A DNA stretch of 64,000 nt from Anolis carolinensis (lineage: Eukaryota): positions 243,671,747 through 243,735,746 of the forward strand of contig NC_085842.1 in NCBI RefSeq assembly GCF_035594765.1, in the 5' to 3' direction. Positions 36,001 through 49,332 of this stretch are shown one piece after another (position 1 is the first letter of the stretch; every line of letters begins with the position of its first letter). The translations under genes and the position numbers were made by a program. The notes beneath the pieces are model-generated. The model worked only from the letters and a program-made list of their open reading frames with translations. It was not told where the DNA came from and searched no databases.

Positions 36001-37790
36001 CAAGGGAGAGGCATGATGAAAATTACATTGCAATAGCTAATGGAATATGCATTCTCCATTAGTCAGTTTGATGTAATAGTTTGAACATTGGACTCCAGAG
36101 ACCAGGGTTCAAATCCCAACTCAACCATAGAAACTTACTGAATGGCCTTGGGAAAGTTACACTTTCTCAGCCTCAGGGGAAGGCAGGGGCAAAACCCCTC
36201 TTATCAAAATTCTGCAAAGAAAATAGGGTTGCCTTAGGATCACCATGTCCAAAATGACTTGAAAGGGCACAATAACATTGCATTCCCCATTTCTTCTGTA
36301 ATGTATGGATCAGCTAAATGTTGCCTCACTGTAAAGTACAGGCATTGCCAAAGACCAGGAATGTTTTAGCTACACACCCAGGATTTAAACATCCTATGAG
36401 AAGTGTCCCTAGAAGAGTGGCTACCTTTAATTAATGGTAATGGAAACTCTTCCATTTTCTTTTGGGAGAAAGAAGCAATAATGAATGTGTCCGTGAAACT
36501 CTTTGTTGCACATAGATTTGATTTTTTTCCCTTGTGGTACGACTTCGTATACAAGGATCACAGCAGTAATCTTATTTAGCTCAGAACAGCCCTGAAACAA
36601 CACACAGAGTAGAATGGCTGGGGATTTGAATCATCCCTCACAGATAAACCTGATATTCAACATGCTGCTCCACACTTGCCATTGTAAGAATAAAGTAAGG
36701 TGTGTGTGCTTCATGCTACAAGAATATTAAAATTATATATTCAGAGAACTTAAATTTTTAAAAATAGATCCTGCGTCCTGTCTAAATTTCTCCCAATTTG
36801 AATAAATGTTTCATATCTTATTTTGCAGAGTGCTGTATTTTTTGATACAGTTTTGAAAGGCACAAATTATTCCCAATTCCTAAGACCAGAAGTCAGAACA
36901 GGTAACTTATGCACATATGACTTCAAGTTGTCTTTTCAGTCTCCATTAACTTCATCTACAAAGAATACTCAAGAGACAATTTGCAATTGCCTCCCTTGAA
37001 AATTCAGCTTAGAGCACCTGGTGTTCTCATACCCAGTTACCAGCTAGGCCTCACCCTAATTACTTTCCAAGAACAGAAAGGATCCCGTGCCTTCAGTGTG
37101 TTGAGCTTCCAAAGAATAGATTATGTATCTCTAAAAATATACATTTTTATCAAATTTGTGTCCTACGTCTTCTGCAAATGACTCAAGGAAGGATGAATTA
37201 TTGTCACCACTAGCACTTTATCTTCACCATAACCTCATGCAGTCAGAGACTGAGAGATGGTAACTTGCCTGGGTTACCCACTCAGCCATGAAATCCCCAC
37301 TTTCATGGCTGAGTGGGAAATGATGTCACACACATATTAACAGTCACTCTAGATTGATTGTCTTCTCTGTTTTTGCCCTGGTAGCATTTGCTACACATGA
37401 CCAATGCAACCCATAGCTTATTCACTGAGAAATACATTCCACCAGGATGGGCCATTTCTTTATATGCCTCATGCAGCATATGGTTGGATGGGAATTGTAC
37501 ACAAGTGCTGGAGGACAATTGTATGTACTACCTAGTCAATTTTGTAGGCCACTCTGAGTCCCTTCGGGTGAGAAGGGCAGGATATAAATGTTGGGAATAA
37601 ATAAATAAATAAGTTGAACCTCCTAAATTGGCTCAATGCTGTCTTGGGTTCTTGAAGATGTTACCCTGCTGTCAGTGTTAAAATAAGATTTAATCACTAG
37701 CCAATCTATTTGATTTTTAAACATTGAATGGAAGTAGGGAGGATTTTGTTCTTAGGAAGCAAAATGGCTTAGGCCAGCCATTATCTTAAT

Positions 37791-38017
37791 TGTGTCAGAA
37801 GTGAATTGAGAACATACTGCAAGTCGTTTCTGGGGTGAGAGAATCAGCTGTCTACAAAGACCAAAGTTGCCCAGGAGACGCCCCGATGTGTTACCATCCT
37901 GCTGAGAGGCTTCACTCATGACCCCGCATGGGAAGCTAATGGGAGTTCACTCTGTCTAGCAGATTTGAACCGCCAACCTACAGGTCAGCAGTTCAGCCAG
38001 CACAAGGGTTTAACCCA
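37791..38017 (-). mobile_element. AnolisSINE2-type SINE
   Basis: Same family core, head clipped by a MITE fragment. Confidence 0.83.
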
Positions 38018-38900
38018 GGCATAGGCAAACTTCAGCTCTTCGGGTATTTTGGATTTCAACTCCCACAATTCGAATTGCCAATAAACGTAACAGCCAATAA
38101 AAGTTAACCCTGATGCAATCCCTGGTAAGAGGCACATGTCACCTTAAAAATATGATGTAAACTTTTTTAGCAGATTTTGGGAAGACATGAAGAAAAAGAG
38201 GCACACTATGGATGTTTTCTGAGTTTTACAACCTCAAACACCTATTTCTTTTATTTTTATCCGTAAATAATGGCTTTTAAATGGCATCCCTTTGGGGTGC
38301 TTCTATAAATTATAGCCTACATATTATAAATAGCTGCTGATGACAAAAATAAAATGTAATAAACTATAGCCTATAATAAAGGTTGAGGTGTTTTGGGTGT
38401 GAATCTGTCTCCTGCCAATCTTTTCTTAACCGAATTGTCTGCTCAGAATTAAATCCCATTATAACGCTACGGAGTGTTACTCTCGGGTAAGCAGGTCCAG
38501 ATTTGTAGCCTAGCATTCCTGCTGGCTTCCTGTGACTTGAAAGATGGTACATCCACCTTGTAGCTCTGGAATGTACGCTTACAGAGCGGTACCACTTTAT
38601 AAGTAGTAAAAAATAGGAAGCTGTGGTATACGCTGATTAAAACTACCCTTCCTTGAAATGGAATGTTTTTACTTTGGGAGAGGCAACAGGATGGAAGAAA
38701 ACAAACCACTAAGAAATGTTTGTATCCTGACTCTGTTGAAATCTTTCTTTCCTACTGAAGACAAAACAAGGGTGAACATCTCTGTTTTCTGCAATGTACA
38801 ATCTAGTACTCAGTCTAATTCATGGTGTACATTTCTGGCCTTATGTAAAAAAATATTTTATCAACAGGCTGTTTTGAAAAATATACTTATAGTGGTTATA

Positions 38901-39196
38901 GGTAGGTAAAGGTTTTCCCCTGATATTAAGCCTAGTTGTGCCTGTCTCTGTGGGTTGGTGCTCATCTCCATTTCTAAGCCAAAGAGCCAGCATTGTCCGT
39001 GGACACCTCCAAAGTCATGTAGCCAGCATGACTGCATGGAGCAACATTACCTTCTAACCGGAGTGGTACCTATTGATCTACTCACACTTGCATGTTTTCA
39101 AACTGCTAGGTTGGCAGAAGCTGGGGCTGACTGCAGGAGCTCACCCCACTCTCCAGATTCGAACTGCCAACATTTTGATCAGCAAGTTCAGTAGCT
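38901..39196 (-). mobile_element. Sauria SINE
   Basis: ggtaaaggttttcccctga...gtacctattgatctactcac core. Confidence 0.9.
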
Positions 39197-39646
39197 ATGT
39201 GCTGTGTACAGATTACTTCAAGTTCTAGTGCAAGCAAAACTTCTAGTCTAAGCCTGCCTGTTTAACAATTATCTTGCAGTGATATTCCACTTCTGTCCCC
39301 TTTTTGGTCATCTTTCCTGACCCTTTAAGCAGCTGCATGACATATTACTGAAGCAAAATAAGAAACTTAACAGGGGTAGCTTCCCCCATAGAGACCATGA
39401 GTGAAAGGAAAAGCCCTCTGTATCCATGGCTCCTGTATCCACAAATGCCCCTTAAATAAAAAAAATAATGACCTTGCCATTTTATTTAAGGGACATCATT
39501 TTGTTACACCTTTGTTTATGCTGAGACATGAGCACCCAAAGATTTTGGTCTTCACTGAGGGCCCTGGAACCAAAACATTGTGGTAACAAGGACCCGCTGT
39601 AACCAATCAATTTTTACCTGACTTGTTATAGTCCCTCTATCAATGG

Positions 39647-39802
39647 AGAATCATAGAATCATAGAATAGTAGAGTTGGAAGAGACCTCATGGGCCATCTA
39701 GTCCAACCCCCTGCTAAGAAGCAGGAAATCGCATTCAAAGCACCCCCGACAGATGGCCATCCAGCCTCTGCTTAAAAGCTTCCAAAGAAGGAGCCTCCAC
39801 CA
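39647..39802 (-). mobile_element. CR1 3' fragment
   Basis: (atagaatc)n tail; near-identical to 50770-50918. Confidence 0.9.
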
Positions 39803-40416
39803 GAAAAGCTTTGTGGTCCCAGCTTATGCAATCCTCTTTACCCATGTTCATTTTCTGCCATAACATAATTTCTTAGCACAATATCTGAATTTCAGAACAA
39901 AATATGTAAACAAAATAAGCATTGAATGTACTTGTACTACACTAGTTGATTTTCAAGAGATAGTGCTGAGCATTGAATTACCAATCTGGAGACCAGGGTT
40001 TGAATCCCTGCTCAGACATGAAATCCACTGGATGGACTTGGGCAAGTCACATTCTCTCAGCCTCAGAAAAAGGAAAACCTCTTCTGAACTAATCATGCCA
40101 AGAAAACCTTGTGATCAAGATGTCACAGGTCCGAAATGTATTGAAGATGAACAAGAACAGCATTGGTTTTCCTAATATAAAGAATGATAGTTTCTTTGGC
40201 ACAGTGTACTTGGTGTGGCCCATGAATGCACATAGTGAGTCATTTCCTTTGTAAGTTTGCTCAAGAGTAATGAAGAATTAATTCCGAGAAAGCAAACCAA
40301 TCAGTGAAGAGATTAAAGATAACATTAAAGCATACTTCTTGCAATTATTATTCTTTCCCATGTCTACCTGTAAAAAAAGGTAGAATTGCTCAATGATGCA
40401 GAAATAGTTGTTCCTT

Positions 40417-40511
40417 CATAGAATCATAGAATAATAGAGTTGGAAGAGACCTCTTGGGCCATCCAGTCCAACCCGCTGCCAAGAAGCAGGAAATCGTATT
40501 CAAAGCACCCC
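40417..40511 (-). mobile_element. CR1 3' fragment
   Basis: tcatagaatcataga...gttggaagagacctc. Confidence 0.88.
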
Positions 40512-41530
40512 TACTTCCTTCCTTTTGTGCCACAGAGCTAAAGGTTCTTGCAGTTTTGTTCAAGGTGTGGCCAGGAAAGCATCAATGTTCCTCCAGCCGG
40601 TCTTTCACCTCTCCTGCTGTGACAAAGTGTACCAGGAGTCCGATTAGATTATCCTTTCAGTGGCAGTTATGTGTGATGAGTGGATGGACAGGGATTGAGG
40701 GGGAGCAAAGCTCCAGTGAGACAGATAAGCATAGCTGGCAGGCCTAGAATTAATTAAGAGCTGGAATTAAATGACATATGTCCCAGGGGGAAGTACCTGT
40801 TAGGCTTGGGAACAGAACAGACTAGGTGGCTAAGGAGAGTTGGTTAGTAGGTTTGGAGTTGTCTGTGAAGTGAATACACCCGACCTCCTTATGACCCTAC
40901 TTGTATTAAGATGATAGGATTAAACATCTCTGAAGAGTGCTGGAGAAGCACAACAGGGTGGCAAAATTGGTTTGAGACAAAGCCTGTGTCCACAACCTAT
41001 TTTCTAAGCTAGAACCCACAAGCAAGGTTTTTTTCCCTCATCAGCAATCATGTTTGTCAAGAGTGGCACTTGTTCCTCTTCTCCATCTTCCAAAATCCCA
41101 TGACCATGTGACAGACCTCGCCGAGGATGGTGTGAATGTGACCTGTTTGGAGGACAGTCCAGATCAAGTATGGGAGAGTAGCAAAGGGGATGAGAAGGAA
41201 AGTAGAGTGAAGTTTCCTATCAGCAGTAGACATCTGGACAGTACGCTTAGCGCAGAGCCAGCCCTGCCATTAGACAGAGTAAGGCATCTGTCTTATGTAT
41301 CAGTTGAAAAGACAGCAAATTGTTAGCTATTTGATGTGCGATTGGTATGTTTCTATCGAGAGGGATTTACAGAGAGCGTTTTGATTGGCTTTGAATACTA
41401 TACATCTTGAAATGTGGGGTGGAGAGAGATGCCATTTGCTGATCACCTTCAGACAGGAAAATATTTTGAGCTTTCCCTTGTGGTGAGATGTATATTGTTT
41501 CATAGTCATAATTTATACATTTGTATCTAG

Positions 41531-41742
41531 TGCAGCAGGTTAAACCGCTGAGCTGAACTTGCTGACCAAAAGGTTGGCGGTTCAAATCCTGGGAGCAGGG
41601 TGAGCTCCCTCTGTTAGCACCATCTTCTGCCAACCTAGCAGTTTGAAAACCTACAAATGTGAGTAGATCAATGGGTAACACTCCGGTGAGAAGGTAACGG
41701 TGCTTCATGCAATCATGCCGGCCGCATGACCTTGGAGGTGTC
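41531..41742 (+). mobile_element. Sauria SINE (3' truncated)
   Basis: ggttaaaccgctgagctg...gtgagtagatcaat...gaccttggaggtgtc. Confidence 0.88.
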
Positions 41743-42405
41743 CTTTTTGTTAATCCATCCCTTTTTATCCTTTTCGCAATGTAGAAGTAGCCACTGTATT
41801 CCAAATATAGTGGGTTTTGTTGGCTTCTAAGGCAGATGCACATAAAATTTATTTTAAGACTTCTTTTCTTGGTAACCAATGCAGGTGGTAGCGGTTATAA
41901 AATGTTTTTAACTTTAATTGCTTCTTTCTCATGCCCTGTGCATAAGACTAGAGCAGTTTTGTTGTTGCTACTGATAGCCAGAAAGTTTCTTTTTAAAAAG
42001 GAGCAACTTTCCCCATGAAAGTTGATTATGATGATGGCGCTGTATTGACACATCGAGCAATGCCATTCTAAAGATCTGCATTACTGTTTTGTTATACAGC
42101 AGGCCTTCCACTTTTGGATCCCATAAAATGTACAAAAGTTAAACCTGCAAATGTGGAGGTTTGTGGCTGACTGTATCTAAATAATATCAAAAACAATTTT
42201 AATGGGAATGAACACTGATAAGCACAATGAAAAATACTGTTAGGAATCTGTCCAAATAGTAATGATTTCAATATTCTTTTCTGGAATTGAACTGTTTGTT
42301 AACATACTTGTGACAGTTACATTTCAAAGTGTTTAGTGTTTCTTGCTTAACCTGAAGTAATTTATTTTAACATCTAACTATTACTTTTTATAATTATTAA
42401 TTTAG

Positions 42406-42526
42406 GGAACCACCAACAATACCACCATCTCCTTGCGAGTGGGACTGGGAACACAGCTATAGATCAAGCCCAAGACGCATCACCGGAAATAGACTGAGAA
42501 TACTGAAACGGGTCCGTTCTCACCAG
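42406..42526 (+). CDS. TJP2: TJP2 long-isoform second exon (121 nt, phase 2 to phase 0)
   Basis: Acceptor ...aattattaatttag|g, open frame (G)EPPTIPPSPCEWDWEHSYRSSPRRITGNRLRILKRVRSHQ, donor CAG|gtactt. Phase fits the 33064 donor upstream and the phase-0 entry of common exon 2. Confidence 0.8.
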
Positions 42527-43235
42527 GTACTTGTTAAGATTAGTTTCAGTCAGTGTTCACCTTCTACAGTTATTATACCATGTTTAAGCCTATCTAAAAT
42601 CCTGTCTAGATGTGAAACTTTGTTTTCAAAACACATGGTACCATACACTGCAATCCTCAAAAAATTCTAGATATTGTAGCATTGTAATGAAGTGCAGAAA
42701 CCATTCTATTGATATATTACCGCATTAAAGGGAAGCCTTCAAAGAATGAATGAAGCACAATGGTCTTACTCTGTTGGATGTTCCATCTTGGTAGAGTTAC
42801 TGGATCTCTGCTCCAATTCCCCAGGTTTCACAGATAATTTCTGGGAAACAAACAGAGTTTCAAATTCTAGTTTTCATCAGGTGGGCCATAGACAAGAAAC
42901 ATGATGGTATTAAAACCTTTTGTCAGGCTGGCAACAGTCTGCCTGTGTAGATTGCTGCACTTCACAAAATTTAATCAATGCAATTCAAGTTTTACTATGT
43001 ACGAAATCAGTTAAATTTGAGCAAGAAAAAAAACCTGTTCATTTGCATGTCCATTTGTTTACAAGCCATGAGCAAATGGTTGCTACTTGGTGTATAACGC
43101 TTAATGATATCACCATTCCCTGTCTCAATGACATACTAAAGCCATCCCTAAGTGTCAGGTTTTGACCTGGCAGTCTCAGGGCCTTGGATGATCCATACCT
43201 AGCAAACCTCCATGTTGAGCAAAACGATCCAAACT

Positions 43236-43800
43236 ATAGAGTCATAGACCTGGAAAAGAACACAAAGGCCATTCAGTCCACTTCCCTCCTATGCAGATGG
43301 CCATGTGAACTCCTTTTTAAAAATCTCAAGGGAAGGAGATTCTACCACACTCTGAAGCAACATATTCCTCTGTTGAACACCTCTTATTATCAAGGTGTTC
43401 CTTCTAACATTTAAGTGGAATCTCTTTTCCTGTAGTTTAAATCCATTGCTCCATGTCCTATGCTCTGGTGCAGCAAAAAAAAAAAAACCAAGCTTGCTCC
43501 ATCTTCAATATGACATCCTTTCAAGTATTCAAACATGGCTGTCATGTCACTTCTTTACCTTCTCTTCCCAAGGCAAAACATGCCCAGCTCTCTAAACTGC
43601 TTCTCAGAGGGCATAGTCTCCAAACCTTTTACCATTTTAGAGGTCCTCCCCGAGACACGGTCCAGCTTGTCAATATCCTTCTTGAATGGTGGTGCCTAGA
43701 ACTAGGCACAATACTCTGGGCCAGATCTGACCAAAGCATAATAATACTATTATTTCCTTCAATCTGGATCTTGCACTCATTGATGCTGCCTAGAATGGCT
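43236..43800 (-). mobile_element. Older CR1 3' fragment
   Basis: Diverged CR1 ORF2 end and 3'UTR on minus strand. Confidence 0.75.
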
Positions 43801-45603
43801 ACTCATATTTTCTGGCAAGAACACCAACATATAACATGTTACAGGTGGCGGCAGCAGCTTTCTCATCATCCATATTCAGTAGTCTTAAGTAGGCAATGAA
43901 GCAGAACTCTAGGTCTGTCCAAAAAAACACCCCTGTTCACCAAGTTCCTGTTTGCTAAGCTCCAGAGACTAGGGCTGCTCTAGATACTATAGGAGTTAGT
44001 GGCTGCTAGTCCCTTTCTCCAATGAAGTCTCTGACTCACCAGTTTGCTTGCTTGCTTTCTCCTTCTATATTTCCTCAGGTCACCTGTCAACTTCTGTTTG
44101 ACCCCATAAATTTAATTGGATTGGTTTACCATTATTTTTCTCTGAATAGAACTTACAGCATTTGGTATTTGTTGGTCTCCCATTCAAGTGTTATCCAGGC
44201 CTGACCCTGCTTAGCTTTCAAAATTATGGTATTGAGACCACTAGCCCATCAAAAGTTGTGATTTTCCATCAATTTACCTGAAGGTTGAGAACTACTAAAA
44301 GGTTTGGAGACCATTCAAATGAGGTTGGATTACAACTCCTACTAACCCCAGCCAGATAGCCAGTGGGAATTGTAGTCCAACTGTTGGAGATGAAAGAGAT
44401 GCAATCTAGCTCATTTGAATGAAGTTGATAGAGAGTTAGATTTCTTCACATTCTCACAACTATTCTTATCAGGTCAGTCTTTGCTGCCCTTCCTTCTGAG
44501 ACCCTTAGGGACTGATTAATTTTTCCTGCTTCTTCTCAAGATTTGACAGATCCTTATCTGAGGGTAAGACACTATTTTGGGTTTTCTCCAAAGAGAAAGG
44601 ATATGCCAATTTCTCTGACCATCGCCCCTCCCAATGGCAAATGAACAACAACATAGCACAAAAAACAGTGTGACGTGGAAAGGACGGAGACCAAGACGTA
44701 TTTGCAAAATATAGTCCTAGATATTAAAAATGCAGACCTTGAGCTGCTCATGTATCTTGAACAGACCTCAGGTTTCATGAGAAGTTATTTTCCAAAACCA
44801 AAACCATGGTGACCAGTACTCTCTGCTTACCAAACTGTTTGAAAATGCTCACTATACAATTGCAGGTTCTCTTATGCATCCTTTTACTGCCAGGCATTAG
44901 GAAAGTAGAGAGGCAACTGAGTTTTTTACTCTCCTGCACAAATAGAGGATGAGGTGCTTTTCTAGACACTCTGGCAATAAAAGGAATTGATGGCTACAAG
45001 GAAGATGTTGTCACCAGGGCCATGATCCTGTTGACTGCTGTAAAGGAAATATTGCTTTGTTATAAGCAGCAGTTTTCTCACAGAGAGCTGACACTTTTTA
45101 TTAGTTTGAAAAGGCTTTGAGAACAGGACTTTTATGTTTGGAAAAGTTCTGCTTATTTTGTTTGTGACCTTAAAAAACCTGATTACTGCAAAAGAAGAGA
45201 TTTGGATGTCATGGGAGCTTGACTCTAAGTGACAGGATAGCAAGAGGAGCTTTTAAATCTAAAGTCATATAAATGTCATCAATGATGTGGAGCCAAGAAG
45301 AAAATATGCACCAAATTAACAGTACAAAGTAAACAAAATATAATCTTAAAATAGTTCCCCTTCCTCAAGGAATACTTTTATTTAAAACATTGTTTCTCTG
45401 AACACTTGAGATGGAGGTATAGATTCCCAGAGAGTTAACTAAGTGGGAAAATAAAGCAATGACCCTACAAATAAAGTGCAAAGTTTTGATCCTGCAATAT
45501 GAAGAAGCTATTGCAGACTCTTCAGTCAAACTACACAATTCTTGGCACTAATCACTGGAGGAGAACTGTTGGAGAGCATCTAAACTTAAACCAAGCTTTA
45601 GCC

Positions 45604-45979
45604 CAGTGGTTCCCAACCTGTGGACCATGGACCACCAGTGGTCCACAAGAACTAAAATATGGTCCATGGCCTCACCTTTAGTACTACGGATAATAACACA
45701 ACCCAATAAAAAAGAATTCGTGGTGTCTTCATTTTTAGGCCTGTTCCTGGACTTATTGGGGTGTTGATTCAGAAAATTGCATTGAATAGACCACATCAGC
45801 TCTAGATTATTAAATATAGTTTTCAGTGGGTGAGCAGATGACGACTACTTGATGGCATATGTTCTGTATCAGAAACTAAATCAAATCTAAAGTGGACCAA
45901 AAGCCTTTTGGTACTAATGTTGGAGAGTGGTCCCTGGTCAAAGTGGTCCCTGGTTTTAAAAAAACATCGGGAACCACTG
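45604..45979. mobile_element. Non-autonomous hAT (same family as 18269)
   Basis: cagtggttccc...gggaaccactg termini. Confidence 0.83.
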
Positions 45980-47574
45980 TTTTAGTTCAGTGATTTCTAT
46001 TACAGGAGCTAGATATGAGTCTAGCACTGGCTTGGTCAACCAAATGGCTGGCTTTTCGCCAATGTGTCCTGGGAAAAATATTCTGCCTCTTTTGGCGTAT
46101 GCCCTGTGACTCTTGATTGATTCCTCATTGCCATGAGTTGGAAAGAATGTTTTCTGGGAAAGAGCCTCCTTTCACAGAAGTAGTGTGTTTAAGATGTGTG
46201 TTCTTATGTGTATAGAATGTTTTCTTTATTGAATTTGAAGATGTTTTATTGTGTGGAAAGAATCTGGTATTCTTAAAAGTAAAACTAGGACACTAAAGTG
46301 ATGATAACTGGGATAATAACTGATTTCCTTTTCTGGAAAAAAAAACTTCACTTTGCTTTGGGAAGAAAAGATAGAAGGCATGGATTAGACAACCTGAGTG
46401 AGATAGTTGCTAAAAATATCATTTTATTGCCCTATCTTATTTGGTCTTGTACTGTGTGTTCTTCAGTTCTAATCATCCAAGTCTGAAATAGATACATTGC
46501 CCTGGCAAGAAAAAAAATGTCTATTGTGTAAAAGGAAATGAAACAAATGAAGTCACAGTGACAACTGAGATTGACTCAAGCTGAGATCAAGAGACAATGT
46601 GTGACAGTAACTCATAATTTTAAAAGCAAGTTCTTTCAAATTGTTTTGTAACCTTCTAAGATCAGTGCTTTAGTGGAAAATCTATCCTCCAAGTCAGAAT
46701 GTCAAACTGGGACTGATGAAAATTATAGTCCAAAATTATCTTAGAATACTGTGAAGAAAGATTGATATGGAAGACTGATATACATATCTTTGCCTTTGAT
46801 GATGAAATATATGACTTTATCACACAAGGCTACTGAAGCGCAATTGCAGCAGGATAAACATATTTTTAATAGAGATTACTCAGGATGTCATGGTTCTGCC
46901 ATAGTCGCATTGGGATGGAATTGTAATTGGATTGTCTCTTTTCAAGGAAGGGACAATCCCATCAATGAATTCAATATCATTGTTATTCTACAGATCTTCC
47001 TTGTGCGATAATTTTCTTTTACTGCAGTTCTGATGTAGGAATCTCTTGTGAAAAAGCTGTAATTGTGCAGTTGCAGCAAAACAGGAGAGAAAGAATAAAG
47101 TGATGAAGAAATGGTAGATTGTGTGTCTCCTGGTGGTTATTAAGCAGGAGATGTTGACTTAATTCGGTCCCTCTGTCTGGATACCACTGTTTACAAATTT
47201 CCCTGCCACTACCTGGTAGTTTTGTTGCTTTCAATGATGACTAGCAGTGCTTTTCAGAGTTTATGTTCTCTGCTGGATATCCTGTGATGGTCCTGGAATG
47301 AATTAACATGATAGCTCCAACCACTTAGTTCCTGAGTCACATGCTGCAGATTATGGGACACAGACCTCATTTGCATAGGTCAGATGATTTTTGAAAATTG
47401 AGATTTAATTATTTGGGGAGGTACTGTACCATGCAGTAAAATAGGTTTGATAAGACTTTGAAGGCAACAAAGTTAGCAAGGAAAATAATTTTGAGCACGT
47501 ATTAGGTACTTTGATGTGAGAACAACAAACCTTTGATAGAATCTAGACAAAACATATTGAAAAGGATAACTTAT

Positions 47575-48260
47575 GGCCTTTCTTCATGGGCCATAAACCC
47601 CAAATCAGGTCAGAAGTCACTCCTGGGCATCCAGAAAACATCCAGAAACTTCCAATTTCTAAAGCATAGCGGTAGTAAAACTTGTTACCCTGGATTTACC
47701 TCACATTAGCAGAGGTTGGGGGATGCTCTGGAACTTCCTTGCACTCCAGAGTTGCTGTGAACAGCAGGGCCATTTCTGATTCAGGACCAGTTCTGCTGTT
47801 TAGCCAGGGCCAGTGCTGCCATCCTATCTCCACCCCCCCCCCCCCCCCCCGTACTCTGGAGCATGGGGAAAAGGGGATGGCATTAATCTTTGCTCTTGTT
47901 TGTTGTTGCAGTGGCAGCCATAGAGCTCAGGAGAGCCTCTGGCCGATGCTGGGTAACTTTGCCGGTGTTAGCAAAGGCGCCTTGGGAACTTGGAGAGAGG
48001 ACGGGGTTACTCTTCTCTTTCTTCCCTCCTCTCTCTGTTTGCTGACATTGACAAAGGTGCCCAGCAATGATCAGAAGCTCTCTGGCCTCTGCTATGGTGA
48101 CAAAACAGCAGCAAAGATAAGGATGACATCCTACGGGTCGAACCAAGTACATCCTGATTGGGAAGTGAAGAGGTGAAAACATCTTGGCAGAATCCAGGAC
48201 TGGTCTAAAGTAGAATGCTTGCCACTGGTCCGAGATTCAGCTACCCATGTAAAATGGCTC
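47575..48260. mobile_element. Degenerate TIR element (Harbinger-like?)
   Basis: ggcctttcttcatggg vs cccatgtaaaatggctc inverted ends, GC-richer interior with poly-C. Confidence 0.4.
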
Positions 48261-48666
48261 TTAAAGATGCTTTTAAAAACACCCTAATGTAATACTTCAA
48301 TACTGAATCACAGTTTTTAAAGAAGGACACGCTCTCATTTGAGGCTGACTCCCTCAAATTAATTACATCATCTAACACACATTTCCAGTTTCTGGTTTTC
48401 AGCTTTCCCCAATCTGGTGCCAAGATGTATTGGACTGTATCTCCCATCAACTTCAGTCATAGTGACTAAGCGGGGTTGTAATCTAATACATTTGAAGTCC
48501 ACCAGGTTGGGAAAGGTTGTCCCAATAATTATTCTGCTAAAGTGTACTGATACCTATTCTTCTCAATTTGGGGATTGGCAAGGGGTCACGGTGCAGTGGT
48601 TTGAGCACTGGACTATGCCTCTGGAGACCTGGGATCAAATTCTCACTCTGCCATAAAATTCACTAG

Positions 48667-48909
48667 TTTTTTTTATGTAAAGAGTGACTTGAGAAACTGC
48701 AAGTCGTTTCTGGTGTGAGAGAATTGGGCATCTGCAAGGGAACTGCCGGATGTTTTACCATCCTGTGGGAGGCTTCTCTCGTGTCCCCAGATGGGAAGCT
48801 GCAGCTGACAGATGGGAGCTCACCCTGCTCCCTGGATTTGAACCACCAACCTTTGGGTCAGCTGTCCTGCTGACACAAGAGTTTAACCGATTGCGCCACC
48901 AGGGGCTCC
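48667..48909 (-). mobile_element. AnolisSINE2-type SINE
   Basis: Same family; nested in an older tRNA SINE (~48587-49457). Confidence 0.85.
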
Positions 48910-48914
48910 TACTA

Positions 48915-49332
48915 CCCTGTTTCCCCTAAAATAAGACATTCCCAGAAAATAAAACCTAGTAGAGGTTTTGCTGAATTGCTAAATATAAGGCCTCCCCTGA
49001 AAGTAATACCTAGCAAAGTTTTTGTTTGGAAGCATACCCAATGAACAGAACACCAGAGCATGCAGGATCGGTAAATGTATGTACCATAAAGTGTTGTACA
49101 TAGAAATATTGGTAGTAACAAGAAATTCTTGATAGGATTCACAGTTTGTCTGGTTATGCTGGTTTATGATAACTACTGTACAGTATATAATAAATGTTTA
49201 TTTTTTTTTGTTCAACAATAAATGTGAATTCTTCTTCATGGAAAAATAAGACATCCCCTGAAAATAAGACCTAGTGCATCTTTGGGAGCAAATATTAATA
49301 TAAGACACTGTCTTATTTTCGGGGAAACATGG
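48915..49332. mobile_element. Tc1/mariner-superfamily MITE (same family as 22891)
   Basis: TIRs and TA TSD; opposite orientation. Confidence 0.88.

Noticed and set aside
41045-41278. Acidic exon-like ORF with acceptor and AGA|gtaagg donor
   Set aside because: Open only in phase 0; in the phase-2 context of the flanking TJP2 exons it hits a stop. Surrounding 40.7-41.4 kb looks more like decayed LTR-type sequence, with no TSD confirmed.
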